A DNA stretch of 64,000 nucleotides from Camelus ferus (GCF_009834535.1 NC_045696.1:51648001-51712000); one strand, 5' to 3'; shown: positions 48,881-62,570, numbered from the stretch's first letter. Numbers and translations: made by a program. The notes: generated from the letters alone by a model not told the origin.

Positions 48881-49465
48881 GGACATTATTTCACAACACA
48901 GCTGAAATATTTCTTAGCTTTTTTTTTTTTCTTTTCAAGCAGATATATCACCTTGTTTCAAACTGAGCTTGTGACATAAACCTCTTACCAGTCTTCAGAA
49001 AAATACGTCTAGCATAGGTCAAGAATGCGTCTCTCCCTCTTTTGCCTCTAAGAACTTCCTTCTGTGATGACATGAAGTAATCTATCCAGAGATTTTTGGC
49101 TAATGGATCAGTTGCCTGTAGATCCATCTAATCACATTTTCCTATGTCCATTCTAACAGCAGCTCTTCATTGGTGGGTTGGCACACATCTCCAAGTTCAT
49201 CTACAACAGTCAACACTAGGTTCTAGTTAAAAGCAGACTGAAGGGTTCTGCTGTGTAATTCTTGGCTGTCAGAAGATCTAAACTTATTCTAAACAGTGAG
49301 GTGCTTTCTTGCTAGCTCCCACCCCACATCTGTTCCACTTTTTCCTAGTGGAGGTCAGAAATGGAGAAAAGCAGCAGTATAAGGCAACATCACACAAAAC
49401 TTCCTTCTTAAGACTATCTTGCTTTAGTAGATCATTCCAGCTCATAAGTGCATAAATCTGTAGGA

Positions 49466-49645
49466 CAGTGCTCCTAAAAGAGTGGTTCTTGGCAGGATCA
49501 GCATTGCCTAGAACTTTGTTAGAAAAAAATCAAATCTTGGGCCCTACTCTTGACGTATTAACTCAGACACTGAGAGTTGAATACTGGAGTGCCTATGTTT
49601 TAGTAAGTCCTCTAGAGAATTCCAAAGCCTGGTTGAGAATCATAG
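49466..49645. mobile_element. MER5A hAT-Charlie DNA transposon
   Basis: cagtgctcctaaaagagtggt..atcagcattgcctagaactttgttagaaa..tgttttagtaagtcctctag..ttgagaatca. Confidence 0.8.
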
Positions 49646-49664
49646 GGCAGATCTGTGAGGCTCA

Positions 49665-49940
49665 GCAAGCCTAGTGAAAATCATGTTGGACTATGAATAT
49701 CACCTGCTCACCTGGGTGTAATTTAATTGTGGCTCTGTCACTTGCCCACTCTGTGACCTTAGATCATGTTCTTGGTTTGTTTATCTCCTAAGGTACAAAA
49801 TAGGAATGATAATATTATATTATTACTTATATTATTATTACTATTATTATTACCTTGTCTATGCAAAAGGCTAATATGGGACTTAATAAGATCATGAATA
49901 TGAAAACACTTTATACTTTATAACTGCAGGATTATTATTA
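49665..49940 (+). mobile_element. MIR SINE with internal (TAT)n expansion
   Basis: cctgggt..ggctctgtcactt..ctgtgaccttag..aaaataggaatgataata..tgaaaacacttt. Confidence 0.7.
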
Positions 49941-50658
49941 TGGAAAAAACATTAACTTGGGTTGTGAGTGTCCTGGGAGCAAGGTGTTGGGGATATCATC
50001 TTGATATTTCACATTAATTGAGGCTTTGAAGTAAGAACAGAAAAAAAAGTTCAAGAAGCTCAAATGTCAGGTCTAATTCTCCAAGCCAAAAAGAAGGCTG
50101 GATGTCTGTAGGCTTTTAAGGGAAACGATAATGAATGGAGGACCCACTGACATTATTATTATTAGTTTTTAGACTAGTTTCCAGGTGCTAAATTTTTTTG
50201 TTTGAAACTCTACCTTTCTGTTCTTCAGGTAGCAAAATTTAGTGGCAGTTTTGAATGCTATTTTGCCAATGAAAGCCTACGGCTTCGGAGATTCAGAGTC
50301 ACACTTCTTTGTAAGTTCCCAATGCCACTCAGTGTTGGTGAAGTGGCCCATGGTCTCTTTCATCTTCATACCATATTCTTAAGTAAGTAAGAAGCTCCAG
50401 GAAGCCAACTCAAAGACAACTAATTATATTCACAAATTTTTTCAATGGAAAAGACATAAATCCTGGGAGGTGGGAGGGATTGTCCAGATCAGGACTAAGA
50501 CCTTTTTACATACTGAAGTCCAAGCTCTTAAGGAGCTGGGAAAAAAACAAACAAACAAACAAACAAAAAAAAACCAAAAAAAAACCAGACCCAAAAAACT
50601 CACACAACCAGATCAGACACAACCATGATTTTCCTAGAAAATCACCAGTATTACTTAC

Positions 50659-50960
50659 CAAGGGGGAAAAAAAAACACCTTATTAAAGATAGCTAACCGG
50701 GGAAAAAAAAAAAAAAAAAAAAAAAAGAGAGAGAGAGATAGCTAACCATCCCTTTTTCTTCTTGCATGAAATCACAGCAGGTAGCCTATGGCCTGAGGGC
50801 TCTTCCATCCTCTGACAACTCAAACCTGCTGGTTGCATTTTGGCAACTCGTTGGTGCCTGGTGCCTCGCAGGACCATTGTGGTGTGGAAAAGATTCTGTT
50901 TGGGTTGCGGCTTCCTCTGAGCTAGTCACAACGTGTTGCTGCATCAGGGGAAGCAGCTGC
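50659..50960 (-). ncRNA. Candidate upstream alternative exon (5' end uncertain)
   Basis: Strong donor cccTTG|GTAAGT at 50659/50658, downstream (on the minus strand) of unique GC-richer sequence at 50750-50960. Confidence 0.25.
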
Positions 50961-50969
50961 ACCTTTTAA

Positions 50970-51150
50970 GAGCTCTGTGTCCTTAAGCAAGTCATCTACG
51001 CTCTTGAACTCCAGAGATTTTTTCACTTGTAAAATGTGGATAATATGTGATTTAATAATCTCAAAATTTGTTGAGATCACAAGTTGAGGATCAAAAAGGA
51101 TGATGTATCCACAATGTTTTGTAAACTAAAGATCCCATTTGCTTGGCATT
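50970..51150 (+). mobile_element. MIR SINE
   Basis: gctctgtgtccttaagcaagtca..tttcacttgtaaaatgtggataat..gttgaggatcaaa. Confidence 0.75.
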
Positions 51151-51919
51151 ATTGACGTCATTATTATTTACACGTCAACAGAAGAGTAAAGGTATGTATG
51201 GAAATACTGCGCACGGCAGCCTGCACACTCTCAGACATTTAAGTTGTACATACCTCCATGGTTTTCCCCTGAACTTACATTAATCTCTTTGTCAGGTACC
51301 TAAGATAGTAACTAAGAATGTTGCTTCCTTTAAGTCTCTATATGATCTTTGGGTTGATAATGGTTAGTTATACATTAAATAGATACTGCTACATAATTTA
51401 TTATGGTTCTGTTCTGGCCAGCTCTACTTTGAACATATTCCCTAAATAAGAACAAATTCAGTGTTATAAAAGAAAAGAAAACATCGCATCCAAAGCTGGT
51501 ATTGAGGAGTGAAAATATCTTCAAAGGCTATTCCTTGGTTGTTTAACATCAAACATCCACTTAGAGATGTCTATTAGTTCAACAAGCTGTCCTGAAGGAA
51601 GACCCGTAGCAAAGCCACTGGGTGTTCAACACTTAAAAGGACAGGAACATGTATTCTGCCACAATGCACATTATTATTGCTTGAATTACTCAGACTTTGT
51701 TTAAACAAATCTATGAGTCGAGTTCAGATGAACAGCCCATGCATTTTTGCCATTCAGTAGCTGTAAGAATATATGGTACCCGATCAATGAGTCCTTCCAA
51801 TGGAAGGGAAGTTAACTGCTATATTTTAAAATAAATCATTAATGTAATTGTGCAAAGAACATATCTAAATATCTAGAACTCTTATTTAAATCTTTAATTG
51901 TTGTATACAATCCCATCTT

Positions 51920-52057
51920 TTCTATTTAGCATCCTTAACTAGACTGTATGCTCCCTGAGGATAAACACTGACACACTTTTCTGAATATCTCACTGGCTCC
52001 AGCACAGTGGTTTACACATAGCATTTGCTTCCAAAATATCTGCTTTTTAATTGGATT
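51920..52057 (+). mobile_element. L2 3' end
   Basis: actagactgtatgctccctgagg..ccagcacagtggtttacacatagc. Confidence 0.7.
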
Positions 52058-53389
52058 CACTTCTTGTTGGCTTTTCTTGGGGGCAATTAAGCCACATAAA
52101 GTGCCCATAGATAAAGGCATCATTATTACTGAGGTGAAAGTTGCAATTCTTAATTTTTTAAAAATAATGCATTGGGCCACTTATTTTTCCCATGTGACAC
52201 TTAACCTGACTAATTATAGAAGTGAATAGAAAAACATGATTCTGTTAAAAAGCTCACTTTACATGCAACATTTTTAGGAATTCAGCTAATATGTCAAGCA
52301 GAGTCATTCTGCACAACAGTGGTGATGGTGCGTATGCACTTTAGCTCTGACGGCAAATATTTTAAATTAAGGCAAGCTAGCCATAAAATTACATACACAT
52401 AAATATGCACTCTCTCACAAACACACATTTGCACGTCTTTAAACTTGAATTAATGCAAAGAAGAGATATATTCTTTTGTTCTAGAGGAATACAAATGATG
52501 AAGACTAATAAATGAATAAGTAAAGCGCTGGGTAACCAAATCAATGTCTGCTCAATTCTGGTCAAGGAGGTGAAGTGAGGTTTCCCTTTGAGTCAGAGAA
52601 TGTAGTGGATAAAAGGGACGTGAATAGCTGGGGGGATTTCCTGAGGCCATTGCAGACCAGCTCACACACTGTTAAGAGGCTCGTTTTTATGAGACTTTCG
52701 GTTGCATTTGTAACGCTTGCTCTAGGTCCCCTAGAGCATTAAGTGCACACCACAGCACTGTGACTACGGGACTAAATGTGAGAGGATACATTCCGAGGTT
52801 CTTTATCTTTCAGATCCAGAAAGATTTGTAGATATTTTTAAGACCATTTCCCCCCCTTTGTTTTCCCTCCCTCCCCCCTAAACACCCCTCCACAAAACTC
52901 CTTTCAGATAGGACTACTATGTGGAAAGGACTTCTTTTTGTTTTCAGTAAAAATCTAAAGTCTTGGACTTAAAAAAAATGACCAACTTAAAAACCTGTGG
53001 ATTAGTACAGTTGATTCTTTCTATAGGTAGAATATATTTCATTTAAAAAGAATCCCAGCAAAACTTGGTCTGACTGGTAAGTTTGTTCTAGATTAAGGAT
53101 TTAGCCACAGTTTGATAAGTATTTGTTGGTTTGGTGCTTATTAATTGGTACATATTTTAACATTTCACCACTACCTTAAATTATTAATAATTTGAAATTA
53201 TTAGCCAGTACTACCACTGTTTATTTTATTTCATTTTTCTGAACAGTGCCACCCATTTCCTTCAAGTTTGGTTCAAAACAAAAAGTCTGGAATTTAATTT
53301 GTCAGGAAAACAACTGTGAAGTTCAGAAAAAGAATAGGAATCACCAAAACAATGAGATCAATCTTAAAATCACTAGGGAAAACAAAAGC

Positions 53390-53555
53390 TCTCTTAATCC
53401 TCAAAGCAAATGTAAAAGTAGGCATTCTGGTTTTGATGATGACGAAGCTGAGGCTCAGAGAGGTTAAGCAACTTCCCCTGGGTTCAGAGTTGAGAGGTGG
53501 CAGTGCTGTGGGTCACACCCTGGTCTGTCTGACAAAGCCTGTTCTATTTTCTTTT
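53390..53555 (-). mobile_element. MIR SINE
   Basis: gatgacgaagctgaggctcagagaggttaagcaacttccc..gtggcagtgctg..ggtctgtctgac. Confidence 0.85.
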
Positions 53556-53759
53556 ACACTGTTTACACTCTCCATTCCCCAGAAGGTCTCTGGCTATCTG
53601 GGAGTTTCTTTGGGATCTGCCATCAGGTTCATGGGATGACAAAACAATTACAATTATAAAAATTGGTGAATGTATATGTATTATGTATTGAGTATACACA
53701 TAAATGCTTACTATACACATGGTTATACATATACTATATACGCCATCTATATGAATACT

Positions 53760-53940
53760 CAATAGTAGTCAACTCTCAGCCCTTACAGTTTGCCAGATAT
53801 TATGCTAAGTACTTTATTATTTAGTTTTCTATTATTTACTGTTTAGTACTATTTACTGAGTTCTTGTAACACCTCTGTAAGGTAGAAATTATTATTATCA
53901 TCCAGTTTTACAGATGGGAAAAGTAAGGCCTACGACTAGA
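53760..53940 (-). mobile_element. MIR SINE
   Basis: tgccagatattatgctaagtacttta..ctgtaaggtagaaattattattatcatccagttttacagatgggaaaagtaaggc. Confidence 0.8.
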
Positions 53941-54309
53941 AAGTGGCACAGCCCAAGTTTCCTTCCATTACTCTACCCTTCTCATGGACCTTTTCCTATT
54001 TGTTACTCCCTTGGAACAACAGAGTACAAGAGGAACATAACTGACCTCTGGCCCATTCCTCTAAGACTTTGCTTCCTCTTGGGAAATAAAGCAGACTTAG
54101 AAGGTGGGAGTAACTGAACTATTAACAAATCAATAGTTTACTTGCTAGGGAACAAAAAGACACAACTTACAGGACAATTCCTATTGGTAGAAGAGAAAGC
54201 CCCAAAGCAAGGTATTATGGTCTGGAAAACAGGGGCCACACTTTGGGTAGGTGGACTTTCTGGGTCTTTCAAATCATAACACATGTATAACCATTGATAA
54301 ATAAACCAA

Positions 54310-55130
54310 ATTTAATTCAATATATACTTAATGAACACCTGCTATAAATAAAGGATTCTGCTAGAACCTGAGCCCCAGAAAATAGCTACAAAGATGAGAA
54401 AGACACCATAAACCTAATGTTTAGAAATCAGGAGAAAATAAACACCACATAACTAAAATACGACGTAAAATAAGTCCAATGCCAAAAAGGGTTGCTAACA
54501 AAATTCTGTAGGTTCAGTGGGCTGAGGAATATCATTTGATGATGGACACTGAAAAAAGTTACCTGAGTTACCTGAAAAAAGTTTGGGGTGAACTTTGGAA
54601 TATGGGAGAAGTTCCAGCTGTTAGAATTTGGAGAGATGAGTTTTAGGCAAGGAGTACAGAATGAATAAAAACATGAGGACAGGAAAGCACAAAGTGTATT
54701 GGGTTTGATTTGATTAGCTTCTAGAGTACTCTAGAAGGATAGCAGCAGGAGTTTGAGATGATCTGGGTGGCACATCCAGGTGGGAATGAATAGTTGGCAG
54801 TTGGAAACCTATGCCTGTGGTACTAGAGTCTACAGGCCAAGACGAGACATTCAGATCTTCAGGAAGGCATCTGAATGTCTGATTGCAGCTAAAATTGCTG
54901 CTAGACTTCAAGAATGCAGTGAGGGAAGAAAGAAAGGCAAACTGACATTTTGTGGGCAGATGAAGGAAAAATAGATGATGGAGCCAGAAGGAACACTCCG
55001 ATGAACAGGAGAATCATGAAAACAAGATGTTATGGAGCCCAAAGCTAAATAATGTGCTACAGAAAGGGAAAGAGATGGTCAAAAAGGTCAAATCAGTAAT
55101 AGTGAAGCTAGTACTGCCTGGAGGAAGAGG
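54310..55130 (-). mobile_element. L2 LINE remnants
   Basis: ttcaatatatacttaatgaacacctgcta (reverse tail) and purine-rich L2 body such as catccaggtgggaatgaatagttggcagttggaaa. Confidence 0.6.
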
Positions 55131-55410
55131 CATTTTTAGGATCTGGAGTCTTTCTTCATCACTGAACTCATCTTGAAGAAGATCACCTCTCATCCCTCTC
55201 TGTTCTTTCCCTAAACTCATACATCACTCAACCATACACATAAACAAACTTTTTTCTTCTGGGAAAAATTTATGGAATTATTAACTCTGGAGCACCCAAT
55301 CTATGTCTGGAAGTTTTATGAATAAAGTTAAAATTTTCTTGTTTAATCTTTATTTAAAAGATGATTGGCTTTTTGATGCACAGGTCAATTGCTTTTTGGT
55401 GGAAGTGGAA

Positions 55411-55490
55411 ATTTATTCATATTTTATTTAACAAATACTTTTAGAGATTTTCCTATCTGCCAGGCATTGTGCTAAATACTGGGATCAGAA
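55411..55490 (-). mobile_element. L2 3' end
   Basis: atttaacaaatactttt..cctatctgccaggcattgtgctaaatactggga. Confidence 0.7.
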
Positions 55491-56079
55491 TAATTTCTAT
55501 AAATGCTTAGATGGCTTTTACCTGTTAGTTTTTTTTTTTTTTTCAAACCGGTGAGTTTTGCTTCCTATGGTTGGCACAAAGTTGATGCCTTTGTAATGAT
55601 GAGTTTCTGTTCCAGCTCCTGAGAGTTTCTGTATTCAGATTATTAAGTACCTATTTATGTGTAATTTCTCTGTTCCAAGAAGCTTTTACGATGTTTTGGA
55701 TAATTTTCAGTATCAGCAAAGGGTGATACAGAAGAACAAACCAACTCTGGGTCAACACAGGAACCAGTTCTCTTGCTTTGGCAAGGTGGTAGTCTAGTAT
55801 GTGGGCCAGCAAGAACACCTTTTCAAGTATTTAAAACAACTATGAAAATCTTATTCTTAATTGTATCCTCTAAAGAATAAAGACAAGAAAATAATCAGCT
55901 TTGGATAGCTGAAAAATAGCTTCAGGTTATGTTCCGATGGTTGGGTAAAAATGAAGTAAGGAAACCATATGGAAGGGCATCTACAAAAGATACCCTTGGG
56001 GCATATTTATTAAATTATTTGTATAAATTTTTTGTAGGTGTATATATTTTAAAAATCCCCTCACATCACTTTAGCCTTT

Positions 56080-56345
56080 TTCCTATATGTATAAATATTT
56101 TTTCTCCCACAAAATAGGAGTCCTGCTATACACATCATTTTGTAGCCTGCATTCTTTCAAGACATATATTTTTAAGCCCTGTATAGTATTCCATTCTATA
56201 GATGTATCAACATACTTTTAAGTGATTCCCTATTTTTGGACATTTTGATTGCATTCTAATTTTTGTCATTTTTAATAATGTTTGGTTGAGCACCAGCATG
56301 CATAGCCTTTGCAATGCTATTATTTATTGGAAAGAAATTTTTGGA
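56080..56345 (-). mobile_element. Old L1 (L1ME-like) 3' fragment
   Basis: ctgtatagtattccattctatagatgtatca..ttccctatttttggacattttgattg. Confidence 0.7.
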
Positions 56346-56439
56346 AGTTTTAAAACTTAATACTATAAGCAGAGAAAGCAAGGAAACAATATGTATACTG
56401 TAAGCAAAGAAAGAAAAGTCATGTGCCTCTAGGAATCAG

Positions 56440-56757
56440 GGTGATAGAGTAAATGAGTACAGTGGGTGTGGCCTAAAATGTGGAGTTATAGGTACTCTGT
56501 CTAAATGGAGAAGACATGGCTTGTCCGAAGGCAACAGCTACTACTCAGTTCCAAACTGGTCCCATGCAAAAATGCAGGTCTAATATTTCAGTCTCCACAT
56601 TTTTAAGAGAAGCAGGAAAAACTGGATTTTTGTGGATGAGCTCTCAATCTTTAAAGGTTGGCTCAAACTCTCAAATTATTAAATACTATATGGGCAAAAA
56701 TTTTCTTTCTATAGGCTAGTTCAATGCAACTCACAGGTCACTGGTTTGTAAACTTCA
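56440..56757. mobile_element. MER102-like hAT-Charlie DNA transposon
   Basis: cagctactactcagttcca..atttttaagagaagcaggaaaaactggatttttgtg..tttaaaggttggc..ctggtttgtaaactt. Confidence 0.7.
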
Positions 56758-58119
56758 AATTAAAGAAAAGGAAGAATGGTGTTGGAAAATTTATTTCTAG
56801 GCAGTGTTAAGCAAACAAAGTTTGCTTCATGTTTTGCCAGTAACAAGAGATGCAGTGTGGAGAAACTGAACCTGAATATGCAAATCTGGGAAGACAGGTA
56901 AACATTGCTTCCCATTTAATCATCCATGAAAGATTAACTAGAAGCAGCTTCTAAAATGTTTCAAACTTCTCAAAAAACCATACTTTAATTATGTAAAACT
57001 TTAATCCAGTGCACAGTGTGATGACATCTAATGATCATTTCCCTTCATTTTCCATCTGAACAAACATTTCCTATTAACATCCACCTGCACTACTTCCTTT
57101 TGAAAAGAGGAGGTGGTATTTGGCTATTCCTTGGTTCTGATTCATGAGAATTCAGCCCAAGACCAAGATTTCTGTTCTTAACAGATTTTGGTTTTTAAAT
57201 CTGTAGAACACAATGTTTCCCTGGGCTGAGTTCTAGCATGCCAAGTTTTGGCTGGCCACAGACTTTGACATCTGAGTGAAAAATCTTTCAACAATGGCAT
57301 TTAAACTGAAGAATCAACAGACCTTTAATTATAGCACTGCTTGTAATCTCCCCATCTTCCCCCCCTTTTATCATGATGTTCAAATTGCCTAAAATCACTA
57401 ACTGCACGGACAGCATGTTATTTCATTTGCCATTGGAAATATCATAATTTGGAAACTTGGTGGCTTGAGATTGTGTATTAATTTTTGAAAAATCAGTATT
57501 TTTTAATTCACTATAAATTAAAGAGGCATATGGAACGAAGTTCAAAATTACTGATGCATTAGAAATAGCAAACAAAAAACACTCGGCATACAATGTTTCA
57601 GTTTATCTGAAATATTCAAGATTTATTTAGATAAGAGTAATATTTCTCCTTGGAAATTAGGCATTAAATATATTGAAATATGGAATCTCCTTTTGGTGAG
57701 GTTTCACTAATGCCTCTGTATTTTTCCATAAAATGTTAAGTGATCATTTTTTATGGCTTTTAAAAAATGACACAGCCTCAGATTACCCTATATTTCTCTT
57801 ACATAATAACAAAAGACACTTCTAAACTGCTAAAGTACATTAGGAATCCTTTGAAAACTTCTTTTTTAGAAATCAATGCTGAAAAAGCACTTAGTTTATA
57901 TCCAGTCTGTCTATCTGGACATACTTAATGGGCAAATTGGGTTTAAAAATCTAACTGTGGAAAATGTTTATTTCCATGTTCTATAGTAGCTAGATAGTTT
58001 TTATTTGTCTTTAAATATAGAGCTTTGTTATATGTAGAAGGTGGGCAAAATTTCAGCTTCTTTTCATCTCACAGAAGAATCTGGCTCTAGATTTCCAGGA
58101 AATGCATTTGTTTAGACCA

Positions 58120-58265
58120 AACAATATGCCAGGTTTTATACATAATTTCTAATCTTTATAATATGTCTGCAAGATGGGGTCATTAATCTTGGTCGAATTA
58201 TTTGATTTATCTGAGCCTCAGTTTCCTTATCCGTAACAAATTAATTATAGGGGATTTTGAGTCTT
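58120..58265. mobile_element. Two adjoining MIR fragments in opposite orientation
   Basis: Reverse MIR-like segment at 58120-58190, then atctgagcctcagtttccttatccgtaa. Confidence 0.6.
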
Positions 58266-58764
58266 TTTGTTCATGGATTTTAGGTGGTGGAGTTGGATGT
58301 AACCCAAGATCTGACTTGAAAGCCTCTGCTTTCTCTGTTGGGAGAGAGAAAAATACCCTGAAATGTGGACAACTGTTTCCTGTGTTATTGACTTTGCTTT
58401 CTTAATACAATGGATTATCAGAGAAGTGATTTAATTATGTTTAGCACTACCTTGTGACTCTGAAACTCATCTTCATCCAGAGTATAGAATTCCTTTTAAA
58501 AGAAGTTATAAGTCTCTGATTTCCCAGAACAGACCTGGTTTCAAATCTCGTCTTTTATTATCCCCACAAATATGCTTGTATTTATAAAATTATGTCCTAT
58601 CTTTGTTCCTTATCATTATCAGCTTTCTGTATAAACTAGCTGAAAAGGTCAGGTGCAGGAAACTGGTTCTGACCAGCACAGAACACTCAAGAATTAGCTC
58701 CTCCAAGGTGGAACCGGTAGAGGGAATCCAAATCAAAGTTTTTGAGGGAAGTGGAGATAATAAA

Positions 58765-58932
58765 TAATATTAAGAATAGTAACTACATGTACTGAATTCT
58801 TAACAAAATGTTCCTGATCCCACTTATATATCATACTTAATCTTCACAATATGCCCATTTTACATATAAGGAAACAGAGGCTTAGATATGATAAATGCCT
58901 CACCTGAGGTCATTGGCCCAGTGAGTGGCATC
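58765..58932 (-). mobile_element. MIR SINE
   Basis: ttaatcttcacaa..cccattttacatataaggaaacagaggcttaga..cctgaggtca. Confidence 0.8.
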
Positions 58933-60258
58933 TAACTTTAGAGCTATATGCTTCATTTGTTTTACTCAACTATCTTCAATTTCAGGGGAATACAATCTAA
59001 AGAGGTAAATTTAAAGAGCAGTTATAAGGTTATAAATACAAGGTGGAACCAAGACTCAGGATTTGGAGTTGGAACAGATTGGGAACTAAGGTGGTGGTCC
59101 AGCATGGTGGAAGCCAGCAGGTATATGATACATGGGTGTCATGTGACACTAAAAGTATAGTGACCTGCAGGGTTGAGAGAGAGAGATGAGGGAAGGCAGA
59201 GAAAGAATATGTGTGTGTAGGGGTGGTAGATGAGATACATAGGGCTGCTTCGCTGATTTCCTGTTAGCCTCTGTTAGAAATGTAAATAGAGCTTTGTGTG
59301 TTGGGGCACAGAGGGCAAAGAGGATGTGTCTGAGAGCTCTTCTCAAAAATCTCTCTCTTCACATGTCACTAACTGGAGGGAAATAACCTGGCTGACTAAC
59401 AAGCTTCTCTAAAATACAGTTTCTCCAAGAGGGTTAAACCTCATTCACACCTTGGAGTAAATTACTTTAATGAGGCTACCAGACCACCTAACCGAGTGTA
59501 AACAGTCAAGATGCCACAGTCTGACTGGGGAAAGGTGATGGATAACTGCAGGCTGAAGAGCAGAAGAAGGGTGACGGGTGATGAGACAAATGAGGATGAG
59601 AGAAGGATTTCCCTAGAGGAGTGGAAGGGCATCAAATGTAATTTTGTGAAAACACTGTAAGATCCATATTAATGTAAAGTAGTAGCATCATCATTATCAT
59701 TAGTTCCCCTCTGCACTTAAGTGCAGAATTTTCCTAGTAGCCAGCGCACAATCAGAATCACCATTGTTTGCTAATTTCTGTGTAAATACATACTCAGCAG
59801 AATGCCCTCCTTGTAGTAACTCCTCAGTAAATACTAGTTGGGCAAATGGGATGTCAGAATTAGTCTGGAAGTTGGAAACCTTCCGATTTCCCCAAATCCA
59901 ATGTGTTTCTCCAATCCGACCTATCAAGTTCAGGAGATTGTTTCCTCAGTGGTAGGACGGGAGAAAGAACACAGCAAGTGAGGAAAGAACCCATATCTCA
60001 GTCCTCTCCTTCCTACCACCTGCGTGGTCCATGACAGTGCGCTGTGGATTCTGGGGGCCTGATGCACAGACCTCCATGGCTGAGGCACTGTGGTAATAAT
60101 GGAGCTATGTAACAGTTCATTTATGAAACGTATGATGAGAAATGAACAAAACAAAGAGGGTAGGTTAAAGATGAACCCTTTAACGAATGGGCTCATCTCA
60201 GCCTCCCCTGGAATCTCAATAGGCTTTTAAAATTTTCACTCTAGACCTATTCTGAGTC

Positions 60259-60618
60259 TGCCCCATGGTCGAAATATTTGTTTCCCCACCTCCACCAAAT
60301 TCAAATGTTGGAATTCTAATTCCCAATGTGAGGGTATTAGAGGTGAAGCTTTCGGGAGGTGATTAGGTCATGAGGGTGGAGGCCTCATGAGTGGGATCAG
60401 TGCTCCTCTAAATGGGGCCCCACAGAGCTCTCTAGCCCCTTCTGCTGTATGAAGAGCCAAAAAGAAGTCTGTGGCCCAAAAGAGGATCCTCACCTGACCA
60501 TGCGGGCATCCTGACCTCTGACTTCCAGTCTCCAGAACCATGGGAAATAAATTGCTGTTTATAAGCCATCCAGTCTACGTCTGGTATTTTGTTCTAGTAG
60601 CTCAAACAAATGAAAACA
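60259..60618 (+). mobile_element. MLT1A0-like MaLR solo LTR, essentially complete
   Basis: TG..CA termini; gggaggtgattaggtcatgagggtggaggcctcatga; gacttccagtctccagaac..aaataaattgctgtttataagccatccagtcta..ggtattttgtt. Confidence 0.92.
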
Positions 60619-61049
60619 ATGTACCCAGGTACTCCTGGAATGCAGTTATCTACAATCTCAACGAGCACAGCTGGAGCATTCGAGTCAGCCGCAGAGCACA
60701 GGCACAGCGGAGTCCTGGGGACGTGGAGAGTCCCCAGGGGGCACAGAGCAGAGCGCGCCGTATGTGTGCATGGGTCTTACCCACCCGGGCGAGCTGCCCC
60801 TTCCGCTTCCCCCTTCACACATATCTTTCCCACTTTATAACGTCACAGGAGACTTCTAAATCTTAGCACTTTTCAAATACGTTTCGTATCTTACTCTTAA
60901 CTTAAAGGGGAGAGGGGGAGTATTTTGTTATAGATGGGTTTTGACAGTAAATTTGTTATTTTGGGTATGTTTTCTTATTTGTGAATTGTGGCCTAAAATG
61001 CAGATTTTGTCTAAAGATTGATAATGCTTTAGAATGTAAGAGATGAAGT

Positions 61050-61150
61050 GTGTGGTCCACTGGGTTGTGGTTACCATAATCACCTGGGAAGGTTTAAAAA
61101 ATACAGATTCCTGAGCCTTGGCCTCCTCCCCTTTCTTCCCTAAATGATTC
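61050..61150. mobile_element. MER5-family fragment
   Basis: aatcacctgggaaggtttaaaaaatacagattcctgagcc. Confidence 0.65.
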
Positions 61151-61189
61151 TTAGATAATGTCATGTTTTGGCCGCTTGCAGCCAGTTAC

Positions 61190-61280
61190 AGTGACCAGGG
61201 GTCTTAATCAACCTGTTCACTTAACTGCTGAGGAGCCTGAGACCCAGAGGGAAACAGTGACATCTCTAAGGCGACACAGG
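61190..61280 (-). mobile_element. MIR fragment
   Basis: tgaggagcctgagacccagagggaaacagtgacatctctaaggcgacacag. Confidence 0.6.
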
Positions 61281-61564
61281 AATATATTATATGTGAGGAT
61301 GAAGGCTGTGGATAATGTGAAACTGACTCCATTACCTATATCCCAAATTACCTCATTATTTCAAACTAGATTTTATATGTTTTTATGTATAATTCGCACA
61401 TCTACAAGCCACTTATGTGGCATTCCAAATAGGGTTAAGAACAGAAAGAAAGTGAAAAAGACCTACAAGCAGCCCAAACTGGCACCAAGTAGACCACACA
61501 CAGATCCCGCACGCCCCTCGGATTAGCTCTGCTCTTGCCCCTTTGTTCTCTTTGTCTTTGAGAC

Positions 61565-62570
61565 AGAGGAGACTCAACATGTTGACCTCCAAGCCTGGCC
61601 CTTCTGCTGCACTGTTGTCTCATGCCTCCAAAAGCCCAGCTGAACTCTCAGGGACACCCGGTCCACACCTTCAAGCTGTATGCTCAAAATTAAACTCGTG
61701 CTTTTGGCTCCCAAATCTGCTCCTGCTTCCTAGCCCTCTGCTTCTGTTTATGGCACCACTCAGGCTCAACGTGGTAATGATATCTTTGGTGCCTTCCTCT
61801 CCCTTGCTCCCCAAATATAATGCACTAATTCTCCTTCTGCTATGTCTCGTAAATCAGCTTACTGGCTCCGTTGGTTCCCTCTGCCCCTGCCCTAGTTAGG
61901 GCCCTCCTTGCCTCTTCCTGGTCTATTGAGACAGTCTCCGACTTGATCAGTGTCCTCTTGTCTCTCCCTACTCCAATCCATTTTGCTCACTACTGCCAGA
62001 TTAATCTTTCTGAGACATAGCTCTGATTATGCTACTCTCCTTCTAAAAACTTTCAATAGCTCCCCATTGTCTACTGAATAAAGTCCAAACTCCTGGCTTG
62101 GTAATCAAGTCCTTTCACTTTCTGGTCCCAATTTACTCTTATCACGTTATTTCCCACTACTCGCCTTCACACACTCCATGCTCTAGTTAAACCCAAATAC
62201 TTCTTTGCAGAGTCATTACCCTTTTGATTCTTCCAGGCTTTGCTCACAGTTTCAGAAATGTTCTTTTCTTCTATCTGTCTGCTCAAGTCCTCCTTGTTCT
62301 TTCAAGGCCCAAATCCAGTGTCACCTCTTCTGGTAAAGTCCCCAGTTAGTTTTCCTCTGAACTACGATAATACTCTGTGCTACTTTTATAGAGCACCTCA
62401 CTTTCTGTTATGGATTCCAGCAAAGTAGGCACATTTCTCAGACCTGCTGCTAGATTAAGACTTTCTGAGGGCAGAATCTGTGTCTTGTTTATCTGTGTAT
62501 CCCCTGCCAGGCTGAGTACACAGTGTACTGCAATCATTTACATATTTGTCGAGTGCATGAGTGAATGCAC
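61565..62570 (+). mobile_element. L2 LINE, ~1 kb 3' portion
   Basis: ctccaatccattttg..ctgccagattaatctttct..aaaaactttcaatagctccccattg..aataaagtccaaactcct; tail ctagattaagactttctgagggcagaatctgtgtcttgtt..atatttgtcgagtgcatgagtgaatg. Confidence 0.9.

Noticed and set aside
50832..50847. GTTGC-N6-GCAAC RFX-like palindrome
   Set aside because: Spacer is longer than in the usual X-box; weak on its own
61543..61899. 118-aa ORF
   Set aside because: Lies within a decayed L2 element; no intact RT motifs
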